From: Octopus sinensis
Taxonomy: Eukaryota
Reading direction: 5' to 3'
Assembly (NCBI RefSeq): GCF_006345805.1
Contig: NC_042997.1
Span: 171,244,001 to 171,308,000 of the forward strand
DNA: 64,000 nucleotides
Of this stretch, positions 50,161 through 63,428 are shown piece by piece. A model generated the notes under the pieces. It was not told the DNA's origin and made no database searches. It worked only from the letters and a program-made list of their open reading frames with translations. How positions within the stretch are numbered: position 1 is the stretch's first letter; each line of letters opens with the position of its first letter. A program made the position numbers and the translations under genes.

Positions 50161-50537
50161 AGATGGAAATTCTCTCTACTATAGCCACAAGGCCAGGAAT
50201 TTTGCAGGAGGGGCTGGTCAATTACATTAACACAAGTGTTCAACTGGTACTTATTTTATTGACTCTGAAAGGATGAAAGGCAAAGTCAACCTTGGCAGAA
50301 TTTGAACTCAGAAGGTAAAGACTGACAAAATGCCACTAAGCATTCTGTTCGGCATGCAATTCAAAAATCAAAACTAGTATAGTAGATTTGATCTCAGGTG
50401 TGGTTTTAGGGATACCTGGCCGTTATTTCTGACAAATATCCTTCAATTTATATCTTACTGCTTCAGAAAAGCAAGAATGCAATGGTAAATCTAATCTTGT
50501 CCTATGGATATGCAAAAAAAAAAAAAAAAAAAGGGAT

Positions 50538-50930
50538 AGGCATAAGAGTGGCTGTGTGGTAAGTAGCTTGCTTACAAACCACATGGTTCCCGGTTCAGTC
50601 CCAGTGCGTGGCATCTTGGGCAAGTGTCTTCTACTATAGCCTCGGGCCGACCAAAGCCTTGTGAGTGGATTTGATAGACGGAAATTGAAAGAAGCCCGTC
50701 GTATTTGTATATATATATATGTATGTGTGTCTTGTCATCCCCCCCAACATCGCTTGACAACCAATGCTAGTGTGTTTACGTCCCCATAACTTAGTGGTTC
50801 GGCAAAAGAGACCGATAGAATAAGTACTAGGCTTACAAAGAATAAGTCCTGGGGTCAATTTGCTCGACTAAAGACGGTGCTCCAGCATGGCCACAGTCAC
50901 ATGACTGAAACAAGTAAAAGAGTAAGAGTA
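50538..50930 (+). mobile_element. CORE-domain SINE
   Basis: Full consensus match. Confidence 0.9.
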
Positions 50931-51445
50931 TAGTCATTGCTAAAATACTTTCAATTATAAGGTCTGTTTAACCAAATCTGACCTGGGGCTAAAAAAAACC
51001 CAATAACAACCTTCTACTTTATGAGTCAATGATAGCAAAAAATTTGTTGTATTTTAACTAATTATATCTCTTCACAACAAATGTGTGGCCTTGAATTAAA
51101 GTTGCAAAATCATTATTATTAGAATTTTTCTCTCTCCTTCTTTTTCTATATGAAGGAGAAACAATGTTGAGAGTGAGGAATACAAATCACATCAACCAAC
51201 CAACTAGCTAGCCAACCAACTAACCAGCCAGCCAGCCCAGCAAGCCAGCCAGCCAGCCAACCAGTCACACTAGCTTGTTCAGAACTGCAAATTGTTAAAC
51301 TCACAACACTCCCTGAATCTTGCTGTTTTGAATGAAAAATCATAAAACTCAGCAGCTCTTAATACTTCCATTATTTGCTAATCAAGCAAAGAAAAATTGT
51401 AAAAATTGCCATTCATTCTAACTCACATCAGAGTTCAGTATTCAT

Positions 51446-52083
51446 GGCATTATAAAACCTAGAGGGTATGAAAAAAAAAAAAAAAAAGAAAAAAAGGAAA
51501 TTTTTAATGGTCTTTTCTGACATGGCTAAATATTGATCAGTAACATAGGCATAGGATCATAAATTCTACAAGAGGTAACTCTGAATAAGATTCTTAAATT
51601 ATTCCTAGTATTAGACTGGTGCTATATTTTAATGACACTGGAAGGACAACTAGTACATCCAGCCCCAGTGAGATTTCTGCTTCAATGTAAAAGGACATAC
51701 ATATCTTAATAAGATACCCAAAGGTATGGCTGTGCGATTTTGCAACCACATGTTTTGAGGTTCAGTTCCGGCATTATAAAACCTAGAGGGTATGAAAAAA
51801 AAAAATGAAAAAAAGGAAATTTTTAATGGTCTTTTCTGACATGGCTAAATATTGATCAGTAACATAGGCATAGGATCATAAATTCTACAAAAGGTAACTC
51901 TGAATAAGATTCTTAAATTATTCCTAGTATTTGACTGGTGCTATATTTTAATGACACTGGAAGGACAACTAGTACATCCAGCCCCAGTGAGATTTCTGCT
52001 GCAATGTAAAAGGGACATATCTTAATAAGATACCCAAAGGTATGGCTGTGCGATTTTGCAACCACACGTTTTGAGGTTCAGCT
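51446..52083 (+). repeat. Recent tandem duplication of ~320 bp of mostly unique sequence
   Basis: GGCATTATAAAACCTAGAGGG starts at 51446 and 51770; the copies differ at only a few positions. Confidence 0.92.
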
Positions 52084-52544
52084 CCATGGAGCGACACCTT
52101 GGGCAAATGTCTTCTCCTATGTTATCCCAGGCCAGTCAACACTTTGTGAGTGAGGCTGGTTGACGGAATCTGTCTGGAAGTTCACACTGTCATTGACTTT
52201 GTCCTCCTCCTCCTCCTCCTCCTACTTTTTACTTGCTTTAGTCTTTAGACAGTGGCCATGCTGAGCATCGCCTCGAAGAGTTCTTCGTAGAATGAATTGA
52301 CCCCCAGTAAACTCTTTTACTCTTTTAACTTATATGTACACACACATACACAAACACAGAGTTCCTCACAGTTTCCACCAACCAAATTCACTTACAAGGC
52401 AGTGGTCAACCCAGAACTGCTGTAGAAGACACTCGACCATAGTGCCATACGGTGAGACTGAACCCAAAACCATGTGGTTGCAAAGTGAGCTTCTTAACCA
52501 CCTTTAGTCGAGCACCTAGTACATTCTGTTAAGTAGTTGGTGTT

Positions 52545-52666
52545 AGGAGGGACATGAAGCCATATAAGCCATGTGAAAGCAGACATTGGAGCTTGGTACA
52601 GTCTCCCTGCTCACTAGTTCTTGTTGAGCCATCCAACCCATGCCAGCATGAAAAACAGATGCTTAC

Positions 52667-52707
<41 letters not shown>

Positions 52708-52979
52708 ATGATGATAAGGGTTGGTGACAGGAAGAGCATTTGGCCATAAAATTCTGCCTCAGATAAATCCTCATCCAACCCATGTAAGCATGGAAAACAG
52801 ATGCTAAATGATGATGATGATGGTGATGATGATGATGATGATGACGACGACGACGACGACGACGATGATGATGATGATGAGGAAGATGATGATGATGATG
52901 GTGATGATGATGATGATGATGATGATGACGACGATGACGACGACGACGACGACTATGATGATGATGATGATAGTGATGA

Positions 52980-53055
<76 letters not shown>

Positions 53056-53203
53056 ATGGGTCAGTGGCAGGAAGAGTATTTGGCCATAAAATTCGCCAGC
53101 TTGGAAAACAGATGCTAAATGATGATGACGATGGTGATGATGATGATGGTGATGGTGATGATGATGATGATGATGATGATGAGGAAGATGATGATGATGA
53201 TGG

Positions 53204-53238
<35 letters not shown>

Positions 53239-53345
53239 GTAACGATGATGTTAAGAGTTGGTTTACAGGAAGAGTAATTGCCATAAATTCTGCCTCAGAT
53301 AAGTCTTTCTACGACCCATGCCAGCATGGAAAAGTGGATATTATT
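52545..53345 (+). mobile_element. Tandem RTE 3' tails separated by expanded (GAT/GAC)n
   Basis: GGAAGAG(C/T)ATTTGGCCATAAA...CATGGAAAACAGATGCTAAATGATGAT repeated. Confidence 0.8.
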
Positions 53346-53479
53346 GAATGAAAGATCAAAAGGTAAGCCATCTGTTGCTTTGTTGATCCTGTTGCTCACT
53401 GCCCTCAACTTCGCTGAATATCAAAATGGCACCTCAAAGCAGAAGTAGAATATTTCTTGAAGACTTGAAAGAATTATTT

Positions 53480-54830
53480 ATAGCTATGTGCTTAAGAAGC
53501 TCACTTTGCAACCACATGGTTTTGGGTTCAGTCCCACCGTATGGCACTTTGGTCGAGTGTCTTCTACAACAGTCCTGGGTTGACACTGCCTTGTAAGTGA
53601 ATTTGGTTGGTGAAAACTGTGAGGAACCCTGTGTTTGTGTATGTGTGTGTACATATAAGTATATATGTGGTATATATGCATGTATGTATATATATGTGTG
53701 TGTATTTATGTTGTTTGTTCTCCATCACGGCTTGATAACAGGTTTGTTTATGTTCCTGCGACTTAGCGGTTTGGTGAAAGAGACTAACAGAATAAGTAAC
53801 AGACTTAAGAGATGAATAAATAAATAAATAAATAAATAAATAGGCACAGGAGTGGCTGTGTGGTAAGAAGCTTGCTTCCCAACCACATGGTTCCAGGTTC
53901 AGTCCTATGGTGTGGCACCTTGGGCAAGTGTTTCCTACTATAACTTTGGGTCGACCAAGCCCTTGTGAGTGGACTTAGTAGACAGAAACTGAAAGATGCC
54001 CATCAATGTATATATGTATCTGTGTGTGTGTGTGTTTGTCCCTTTGCCATCGTTTGACAATTGATGTTGGTGTGTTTACGTCTCCCTGTATCTTAGCGGG
54101 TCGGCAAAAGAACCTGATAGACTATAAAGAATAAGTCCTGGGCTCGATTTGTTCGACTAAAGGAGTTGCTCCAGCATGGCAGCAGTCAAATGACTGAAAC
54201 AAGTAAAAGAATAAAATAAAAAAGATAAATATTGGGCGTAGGATAGGTGTAGGAGTGGCTGTGTGGTAAGTAGCTTGTTTACGAACCACATGGGTCCAGG
54301 TTCAGTCCCACTGCGTGGCACCTTGGGCAAGTGTCTTCTACTATAGCCTCGGGCCGACCAAAGCCTTGTAAGTGGATTTGGTAGACGGAAACTGAAAGAA
54401 GCCCGTCGTATATATAACGGGAAGCTTTATGAAAATAAACAAAAGACGAAGGCAGGTGGAATACAAACAAACAATTGTATTAGTATGGCGCTCAGGAATA
54501 TAAATAAAACAAGTCTTTTACGTTTCGAGCCTATGCTCTTTAACAGAAAGATACACAGAAAAGAAACACAGAAAGAAACAAGGAGAGAAAAAAATGCGTG
54601 CAGAGGCTAGCGATGTTTGTGTGTCTGTGTTCCCCCCCCCCCCAACATCACTTGACAACTGATGCTGGTGTGTTTACGTCCCCGTAACTTAGCGGTTCGG
54701 CAAAAGAGACCGATAGAATAAGTACTAGGCTTACAAAGAATAAGTCCTGGGGTCGATTTGCTCGACTAAAGGCGATGCTCCACTCCAGCGTGACCACAGT
54801 CAAATTAACTGAAACAAGTAAAAGATATAA
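53480..54830 (+). mobile_element. Three consecutive CORE-domain SINEs; the third is interrupted by a pLTR-like insert
   Basis: Heads at ~53485, ~53843 and ~54245. Confidence 0.85.
54417..54614 (-). mobile_element. Solo pLTR-like element inserted in the internal (TA)n of a SINE
   Basis: CTTT-CTGTTAA-A-GAGC-ATAG-GCTC-GAAAC-GTA-AAAG at 54513-54552. Confidence 0.65.
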
Positions 54831-54959
54831 AAGCTAAAAAAAGAAAAGCAGTTTCAGCTTCACAAAATTCAAGATAGAAAGAGAAAATGAGAGGAAAAAT
54901 GATAATAAATGACAGAAATAAATCAAATTTGAATCAATAACAGAACCAAAGAAAGGATT

Positions 54960-55625
54960 TTTCCCCTTACTTTCTCTTTCTCTTCTCCTCACTTTCTCTT
55001 ACCTGCCTGCTTGTTTGACAGTCTCTTTCTCTCACTCATTCCCTCTTTCTCCCCTCTCCTTCTCACTTGTCAGCTTATTTGACACTTTCTCTTACTAGTT
55101 CTCTGTCTGCGACTCTTTTTCTCTCTCTCTCTCTCTCTCTCTCAGTTACTTTGTGTGTCTCTTAATCACTTCCTCCCCCGCTGTCTCTTGTTTTTCTCAC
55201 TTTCCTTTGCTCACACCACAGTTTTTACTTCTTTCTTTTCCCTCCTCCCACTACACCTTTCAATCTCTCTCTTCTCTCCCCTTCTTTCTTCCGTTCTCTT
55301 TCTCCTCTCTCCCTTCCTTCCCCCCTCTCTCTCCTCTTTCCCTTGCCCTCTCTCTCCCCTTCTCTCTTCCTTTTTCCCTTCCTTCCCCCTCTCTCTCCGC
55401 TTTCCCTTGCCCTCCCTCTCCTCTTCTCTCTTTCCTTCTGTCTTCATATCTCTCTCTATCATTCTCTCCTTTTCTCTCTTCCTTCCCCCTCTCTCTCCTC
55501 TTTCCCTTGTCCTCCCTTTCACTTTCTCTCTCCTTCTGTCTCCCCTTCTCTCTGTCCTTCTCTCCTTTTCTCTCTTCCTCTCTCTTCTCCTTCCCCCTCT
55601 CTCCAACCGAAAGAAAATCTCTACT
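54960..55625. repeat. Long polypyrimidine/polypurine (CT-rich) tract
   Basis: Direct reading; internal repeat of TTCCTTCCCCCTCTCTCTCCTCTTTCCCTTG. Confidence 0.9.
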
Positions 55626-56659
55626 TCCCCTGAACATAAGGAATAGTTATGATACAAAAAATATACAAAAAAACGATAATAGATTTATTCTGCGTTTGAC
55701 AAACTTCCAGTCTGTGTTCTTAATAAGCGATATTAATTACAGAGCATTAAAAGCCAAAATAATAATTACTACATAAGAAAGCGTGGTTTACAAGCAGACA
55801 GGATAGTCATGGCAGGAATGCTTTTCCTCATAGGTCTGCTCAATTAAGCTTTGAACTGGTTGCAGGAACGGGTGGCTTAAACAACAACAACAACAAAAGC
55901 AGTAAATCACAGCCGGAACAACTTTGATCAATAAGCCTGCTCAATCAGGTCTGACCTGGGGCTACACAATAAGAACAACGTAAATTTTCCAAACAAAGGG
56001 GGTGAAAAACAAGCCAAAAAAAAAAAATAAATAAAAATAAAATAAACACAAATATAAAAAAAGTTGCAATAGAAAAAAAAAAAACGGAACAAAGAAATAT
56101 TAAAATAAATAAATAATAATAAAAAAAAATTAATTATCGAAAAATATTGGAAGAATCCTGGCAATCCAATTCATTATAACCATTAGTTTTAGCATAGCTT
56201 TTATTTGACAAAGAATTTCTTTTCGTAGTGAGTGAAAATCCTGTTCAATCATTCTGGCTGTGTTTAAATATAAAAAACAAAACAAAAAAAGAAGTCTAAC
56301 AGCTGCAACTGTCTAAGGTGGGGGGGGGTGGAGAAGTGATGTAGTTTATGTTTATGATACAATCTTTCATTCTTCTTTTCCTCCCTCCCACCACCGCCGT
56401 CCTTACCTCCCCCTCCGGCATCTCTTTGTTTATCTCCTTTATATTTTCCTCCCACCCTCTCCTCCTCCTCCTCCACCTCCGCCTCGTTTTCGCTCTCGCT
56501 CTCTCTCTTTCTTTCTCTTTCTCTCTCGTTCTCTGTCTCTTTGTCTTTTGCTTTCTGTCCTTTTCTTTCCTGTCTTGTCATATACCCCTCCTTCCCCAAC
56601 CGCTGCTGTTACTACTACTCTCTCCCTTTTCCTATTGCTACAGCTAAAATCAGAGCTAG

Positions 56660-56679
56660 AGTGAGAGAGAGAGATATAG

Positions 56680-56718
<39 letters not shown>

Positions 56719-56761
56719 CCGACAGATAGAAGAGATAGATAGAAGAGATAGATAGACCGAC

Positions 56762-56808
<47 letters not shown>

Positions 56809-56813
56809 CCGAC

Positions 56814-56851
<38 letters not shown>

Positions 56852-56923
56852 GCCGACAGATAGAGAGATAGATAGATAGACCGACAGATAGATAGATAGA
56901 GATAGATAGATAGATAGACCGAC

Positions 56924-56956
<33 letters not shown>

Positions 56957-56981
56957 TAGATAGATAGATAGATAGACCGAC

Positions 56982-57017
<36 letters not shown>

Positions 57018-57020
57018 TGA
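56660..57020. repeat. (GATA)n microsatellite with periodic GACCGACA interruptions
   Basis: Direct reading. Confidence 0.95.
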
Positions 57021-58171
57021 TTGAGTGTGTGTGAGCCACAGTACTAATAATGTCTGGGGGTGGGGGAATGGCCACTATCCTGTATTTTAAAAATATCGAA
57101 TTATAGAAAACAAAATTCTACGTTATAAGTGAAAAGGATTAGATCGTGCGCGCACGTGTATATGTATGTTTTTTCTGTGCGCATATGTATGTGTGTGGAG
57201 TTTGCCTGTGTGTATGTATATGTGTTTATTACAGTGAGTTATCTAATACACACGTATCAATGAAAAACAGCCTTCAACATTCCACGAGTTTTGTATTGTT
57301 AGTACTATATATAAATAATAAGACATAACGCATTCGTGTGCGTATTATTAATCCGCGCATGAATAGAAACACTCTTCAGCATTTATTGAATTTCGTGTTA
57401 TTATAATGATTACATTAACACAAATAATAGCACATGAATGAAATCAGTGAGTTGTGTTATTATTATGATTGTATTATTGGCTATAATAATACAGTATTAT
57501 TGTAGTCGGTACTATATTCGTAATAATAAAACAAGTCATTCTTGTGCATGTTAATACTACACACAAAAATAAAAAATTGCCTCCTATAATCAGTGAGTCA
57601 ACGCAAGTCATCACTATTAAAATGATAATAATCGCAAAGGGAATTGCCGTTCATCGTTTATCTAGATAATTCTTGTTTTGGAAATGTACCGTAATAAATC
57701 CGGATTTGGATGGGAAGAAAGAAAAGAAAAAAATTATGAAAGTATTTAGTGATCAGAGTTCATGTAAAGGACAACAGTGTAAAGTACTATATGTATTGCT
57801 GAATTCAGGCTAAGTTATTCCATGCATATTTACTAGTGTTGATAAAATTAACCGTCATAGATTTTTACAATGACAGAAGGCATCTCTCAACCAGATGCCA
57901 TTAATGAAGAGACAGTATATAAGCCAATTAAGCCAGTATATAAATAAGATAATAATATAAGCCAATTAAGTTTAGTCTGTTGCGACAGATCATATGGCAT
58001 TATCGGAATATTAGAAAGCGGGGTACATATTACCACTAAGGTTAATGGAGCTATAGAATAGGGAACACAAATGTTTCCAAAGGATCTTGTTTTGGGGCTT
58101 GTGTCTTTAATGCAACAAACTTGAAAATGGTGAAAAACTCTTGCTTAACTGGTTAGTATGGAGCAAATATA

Positions 58172-58609
58172 GGATCTTTTCAGTTTGAACGGCAGTTTTT
58201 TCTAGCGGTGTCATATGAAATTGTCACCCATAATTATGACCCTAGTATCGATCTATTGCATTTCAATCTGTTTTAGGGTTAGGATTAGTTAGGATTAGTT
58301 AGGGTTAGGAGTGGGGGGAAGGGTATCTTTTTTCTTCAGAAAGGCAAATAAACCCAATCTGTTTCTTAAACGAGGGACATATTCATACGGCACAGAATGT
58401 TTTCACCTCAACAGACGTCATTGATTGGTTGAAATTGCAGAAATTGAAGAAAAAAACAACAACAAATATCTTACAAACTATAGAATTTTCTCAATAAAGT
58501 CAAGAGAAAAAGATGTTTTATAAACACATTCTACCAGTATACAAAGTTTAAAAGTGTTTTAGTTACCTAGAAATTACGGTAAAAACTGCCGTTCAAACCG
58601 AAAAGATCC
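58172..58609. mobile_element. MITE with GG termini and internal TTAGGG-like motifs
   Basis: TIRs GGATCTTTTCAGTTTGAACGGCAGTTTTT / AAAAACTGCCGTTCAAACCGAAAAGATCC. Confidence 0.85.
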
Positions 58610-58999
58610 GAACTCTTTAGTATGGAGCAAATGTAACTTTTTTTTTTAAAAAAAGACTTTTTTTTTTGCTTTCTAAGTTGTCTAACGAAAATTTTTTCTT
58701 CATCAATTGTTTAGTTTCGATTTTGACAGATCTGAAGCTGTCTTGAAGCAGAGAGAGCATGTCTGTCATCAATAAGGTCACAAATAGTGACAAAAGGACA
58801 GACAAAACTATCTGATTAATTGACTAACTGACTGAACGAGTAATCAAACAATTGATTAGTTAATTGATTAAATGGTTAAATAATTCACTAATAAATAATA
58901 TTAAAAGAAGTGAAACAGAACCAGTCCTTGTGTTTATTATTGGCATAATGACCCTCCCAAGATGCAAAAAAAAAAATCACGTTGTTTCAGCTATTTTAG

Positions 59000-61500
59000 A
59001 AGTAAATAATAAGGTTGGGGAAGCTTAGTGAAAATCTATTAGAGCAAGAATAGTGCTCATTGCAAACTTTGTCAACTGGCAAAGCTTGAAATAATGATTA
59101 TCACAAATTATCTGATGGTGGTGTATTGGTTCAAAGTATTTGAAACCAGACAATTCTTTTGGAAGAAATATTAACAACGTATATTGGATGCGACACTCTT
59201 TTTTTCAAGGTAAAAGTCATATTGATAACAAAAATCATAATAGGAATTTCTCAGTAGTTTGTATTCCCATATAACAGTTAAGAACATCACCATTATTGTA
59301 TTACTATCTTTTTACTACCCACAAGGGGCTAAACACGGAGCGGACAAACAAGGACAGACACACAGATTAAGTCGATTATATCGACCCCAGTGCGTAACTG
59401 GTACTTATTTAATTGACCCCGAAAGGATGAAAGGCAAAGTTGACCTCGGTGGAATTTGAACTCAGAACGTAAAGACAGACGAAATACTGCTAAGCATTTC
59501 GCTTGGCCATTACGATAGCATACTGAATAATCATTTGGACATAGTTTAAGGCTTCTAAAATTGAAAAGGAACACATGCAAGTTTATTGCTTGATAGTCAA
59601 AATGAACCCATTAATTGTTTTGCTGATCAAGTTAAGAAAAGGCTATTGTAAATGAATGTGAATACCGTAAATCTTCGAGTATAGTCCGCCCTTGAGTATA
59701 ATACGCAGGGGATTTTTTGGGGGCTGTACTTCTGAAAAACCTAAAACCTTGTGTATAATACGCACCCCTTCTCTAACTCGAGTCGTGCGTAATTAAGCCA
59801 GCAGCACCTAGTCGAACAAACACTTCCGTGCATGCATAATACAATAATGGTGATGTTCTTAACTGTTATATGGGAATGTAAATATGTTTGCAAATTGTTT
59901 TTGTTGCATGTTATTCTGTGTTCTGAATACTTTTATTTTAATAACTGTTGCGTACTGCAAGTTATGGATGATTCTTTTATGACTTCATTGCTTTCAGGCT
60001 TAGCTTAAGGTATTTTCGCGCCCGACATCATAAAATACATCTGAATAAACATTGCCAGACAGCAAATAGAGATTTGGACATTGCTTAGAAAATATCTTTC
60101 ATTTTTAACCTCATATATAGTACACACTAGGGATTTTGACCTTTAAATTTTTGGGGGAAAAATGCAGATTATACTCGAGGATTTACGGTATACAAAATGT
60201 TACAGTATGGTTGTGAATGTAACTCTTGATTCAGCATATTGAGAACAAAATGTTTATCTAAACAAATTTACAAGCCAATATGGAGTAAAAGAAAAGCTTC
60301 TTGATTTTGTTAACTGTAATCAAAAGGAAATCAATAATATAGTCGAACTGATACTTGATAGTGTTAAAAAAAAAAGAATTAACAAAAGAAGAAAACAAAA
60401 TATCAATACAATACTTCATTCTCTACGTGTTATGTTGAAGGTTTTGATAATGAGAGTAACATATCTGGACAGTATATAATGGATGTCAAGTAATTCCCAA
60501 ACTGTTTCCGATCCATTGGTTGTATTTTCTCTTTGAACTTGTCACAGTCTCAATTTAGGCAGAGTTAGAGCTGCAAAATGTTGCATTGAATTTACTGCTG
60601 TTCAGAATCTCTACAATATATTTAGCAGTATTCTTTCATAATGGCTCAATCTGAAAACATTACCTTAAAGTTTCACAGCATGGTTCCTGATACTCGATGG
60701 TTTACAATAAAGCAATTATGTTCTTGCTTTGTCTAAATCTAATTCTTGGAAACACTTTCAAACACAAGAAGTATTCAAACTTATTTAAATTCCTTTGAGT
60801 GCATTGTGAGGGGATCAATTTGGATAAAAACTGTAACAGCAATTCACCATTGTAATGTTTCCTTGGAACCAGGAATGCTACAACTGATATGGAATTGAAT
60901 TATTGGAAATCAAAATGAAACTGTTTTCTCAATGAAGTTAAAGGAGGTTGCTGCAAACATTGGAAGCTCAAATGAATTTTCCAATAAAAGACAAAGGGAA
61001 AAAATTCTTAAAAACTTGACAGGTAAAATCGTCGAATATACTTATTCTACCACTGAAGACAGGTTTAAGGGAGATATATTTTATACTGTATTTGATTTGG
61101 TAATTTAAAATATTTCAAGATGTTTCAATGCTGTATCTTATTTCAATAAAGTGTTTGGATGCATTTTAGAAATATTCTGAAATAGAAACTGAAAAAAAAA
61201 AAAAAATTGAGCACCAAAGTTAATCAACTATGTGATACAATATCGACTTAATATAAAAGATGAAATATTCCATTTAAAATAAATACATGAATCAAATATT
61301 TCTCCAAACTCAATTCCACCAATTGAATTATTAAGCAAACTTAGTTGCATATTGAAGTAGCATTCTTCAACTCTCAACTTGCTATATAACACAGTACTTC
61401 ACAGGATTGCATTGGTCTGCTCGTTCTAAAATGCATATCATGAGAAGTGTGCTGACTTTGTTTACATTCATTGCAAAGAAAGTAAGGAACCCTTTGATAT
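59000..61500 (+). pseudogene. Decayed hAT transposase, interrupted by a SINE (59297-59505) and a MITE (59663-60190)
   Basis: SQNEPINCFADQVK | CYSMVVNVTLDSAY.EQ ... HSLNL..RAAKCC ... PDTRW ... decayed C-terminal dimerisation-like segment. Confidence 0.7.
59663..60190. mobile_element. pogo/Tc2-like MITE (inverted copy of 26740-27246)
   Basis: TACCGTAAATCTTCGAGTATA / TATACTCGAGGATTTACGGTA. Confidence 0.88.
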
Positions 61501-62225
61501 AAGGGAGAAAAATTTAATTTTGTTTTTGGATTTAGTTTGCAAGATTCTTTATATGAGTTCTGTTGTGTCTGAGGAGAGTTATTTTCTTTTTGTGCCTTAT
61601 AATGTAACACACTCACCAGTAAAAATTCCACTTATTTCTTATTTTACCAGTGACTGTGTTACATTATAAGGCACAAAAAGAAAATGACTCTCCACAGACA
61701 CAACAGAAAAATTTAATCTTTTCCTCTATTGTTCATTTCTCTTCTGTAAGACGATCATTACAAGACTGAGCTTTTGACTGGAGTTTAAGTAGTTATAAAA
61801 CTTTGAATAGTTTGTTTCCTATAGGTCATAAAAGATTTTTCAGTGGTTTAGCTTGTATTAAGAATGTTATGAGATCAGCAGTGTGTCAAGATAAATTATC
61901 TAGTCTGAGGATCTTTGCTGTTAAATCAACTTTCACATGTGAATTATGATTGTCTTTACTTATCATAAATTATAAGTCTTTATTTCGTTTTGGATTTTGT
62001 TTGCAAGATTCTCTATGTGAGTTTGTGTGTTGAAGCATATTCTGTTGTATCTGGGGAGAGTCATTTTCTTTTTGTGCCTTATAATTTAAATGCAACTTTT
62101 CAATAGTCTTGACCTGCAAGATGCAACGAAAATTTTAGGAAAATAAAATAAGTGGAAATTTTACTGATGAGTGTGTTAAATTATAAGGCACAAAAAGAAA
62201 ATAACTCTCCCCAGACACAACAGTA
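61500..62225. repeat. Two foldback-family palindromes separated by a minus-strand hAT C-terminal-like remnant
   Basis: Arms at 61540-61710 and 61980-62225. Confidence 0.7.
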
Positions 62226-63029
62226 TAAGTCATTACGTATCATAAAACTAGAACAGTTCCTTTTGATTCATTTTTACATCCATCTTTCCATGCTAGCATG
62301 GGTTAGATGAATATATTATTGACAAATTGTTTTACAGTCACTGTCCCTTACCTGTTTTTCGAATTGGGGATCTTTCGTTCTACTGCATTATGTAGTCATG
62401 GATACATTGAGAAATCAACATGATGGCCATGGCTGAAAAACTTTTGATCAAAAGTCTGCATGATCTAGTCTGACCAATATGTTATAGAATTGGCCAACAG
62501 TGATTCAAAGTTCAGAATCTAACAACAATGCATAACAGATTTAGTCTGAAGAACAGAAATGGCTAAAAGTGATTCAGAATTCAGAATCTAACCAAATTTG
62601 GGACTTTAAAAATTTCTAATCCCTCAGAAAGAAAACAACAGCTGTTCAAATAAGTATTTACAACTATACTCTACCTTTTCAATGGTTAATAACTATGCTC
62701 CTTTAGGTTGTAAAGTCTAAATACTGTGACATCATTAGGTCAGTACATAGCTTCAAACACAACAACACATGAACCAGGGTCGGAGCTTCTATATTCTTAT
62801 CCATTGTAGTTCAAATCTCCCTCAAGCCACACGTTTCAAAATTATTAATATTAATATTATTTGTGCCTTGCAACCATATGGCTCTGGTTTCAATCCCAGT
62901 TTGGGACACTTTTAGTGTTGTCTCAGGTTGACCAATATCTTTTCGATAAAATTTACTAAGAAGCCTATTGCGTGCATGCATGTGTGTGTGTGTATGTGCG
63001 TGAGTGTGTGCATGTCTGTTTGCATTTAT

Positions 63030-63428
63030 TTCTTATTTCTTTACTGCCCACAAGGGGCTACACACAGAGGAAACAAACAAGGACAAACAAACGGATTAAG
63101 TCGATTATATTGACCCCAATGTGTAACTGGTACTTATTTAATCTACCCCAAAAGGATGAAAGGCAAGGTCGACCTCAGCAGAATTTGAACACAGAATGTA
63201 GCGACAGATGAAATACCTATTTCTTTACTACCCACAAGGGGCTAAACACAGAAGGGACAAACGGATTAAGTCGATTATATTGACCCCAATGCGTAACTGG
63301 TACTTATTTAATCGACCCCGAAAGGATGAAAGGCAAAGTCAACCTCGGCGAAATTTGAACTCAGAACGTAGCGGCAGATGAAATACCGCTAAGCATTTCG
63401 CCCAGCGTGCTAATGTTTCTGCCAGCTT
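63030..63428 (-). mobile_element. Nin-domain SINE head-to-tail dimer
   Basis: Junction GAAATAC|CTATTTCTTT at 63216/63217. Confidence 0.88.

Noticed and set aside
38904-51172. Further tiny + strand exon candidates (38904-38916, 50467-50484, 51156-51172)
   Set aside because: 13-18 nt AG..GT hits are expected by chance in AT-rich introns
52706-53351. His/Arg/Asp/Met-rich ORFs
   Set aside because: Translations of the (GAT/GAC)n microsatellite in every frame
55153-55776. 207-aa and overlapping ORFs
   Set aside because: Stop-free only because the tract is CT/GA-rich and low-complexity
58273-58309. Interstitial telomere
   Set aside because: Only a few degenerate units, located inside a MITE
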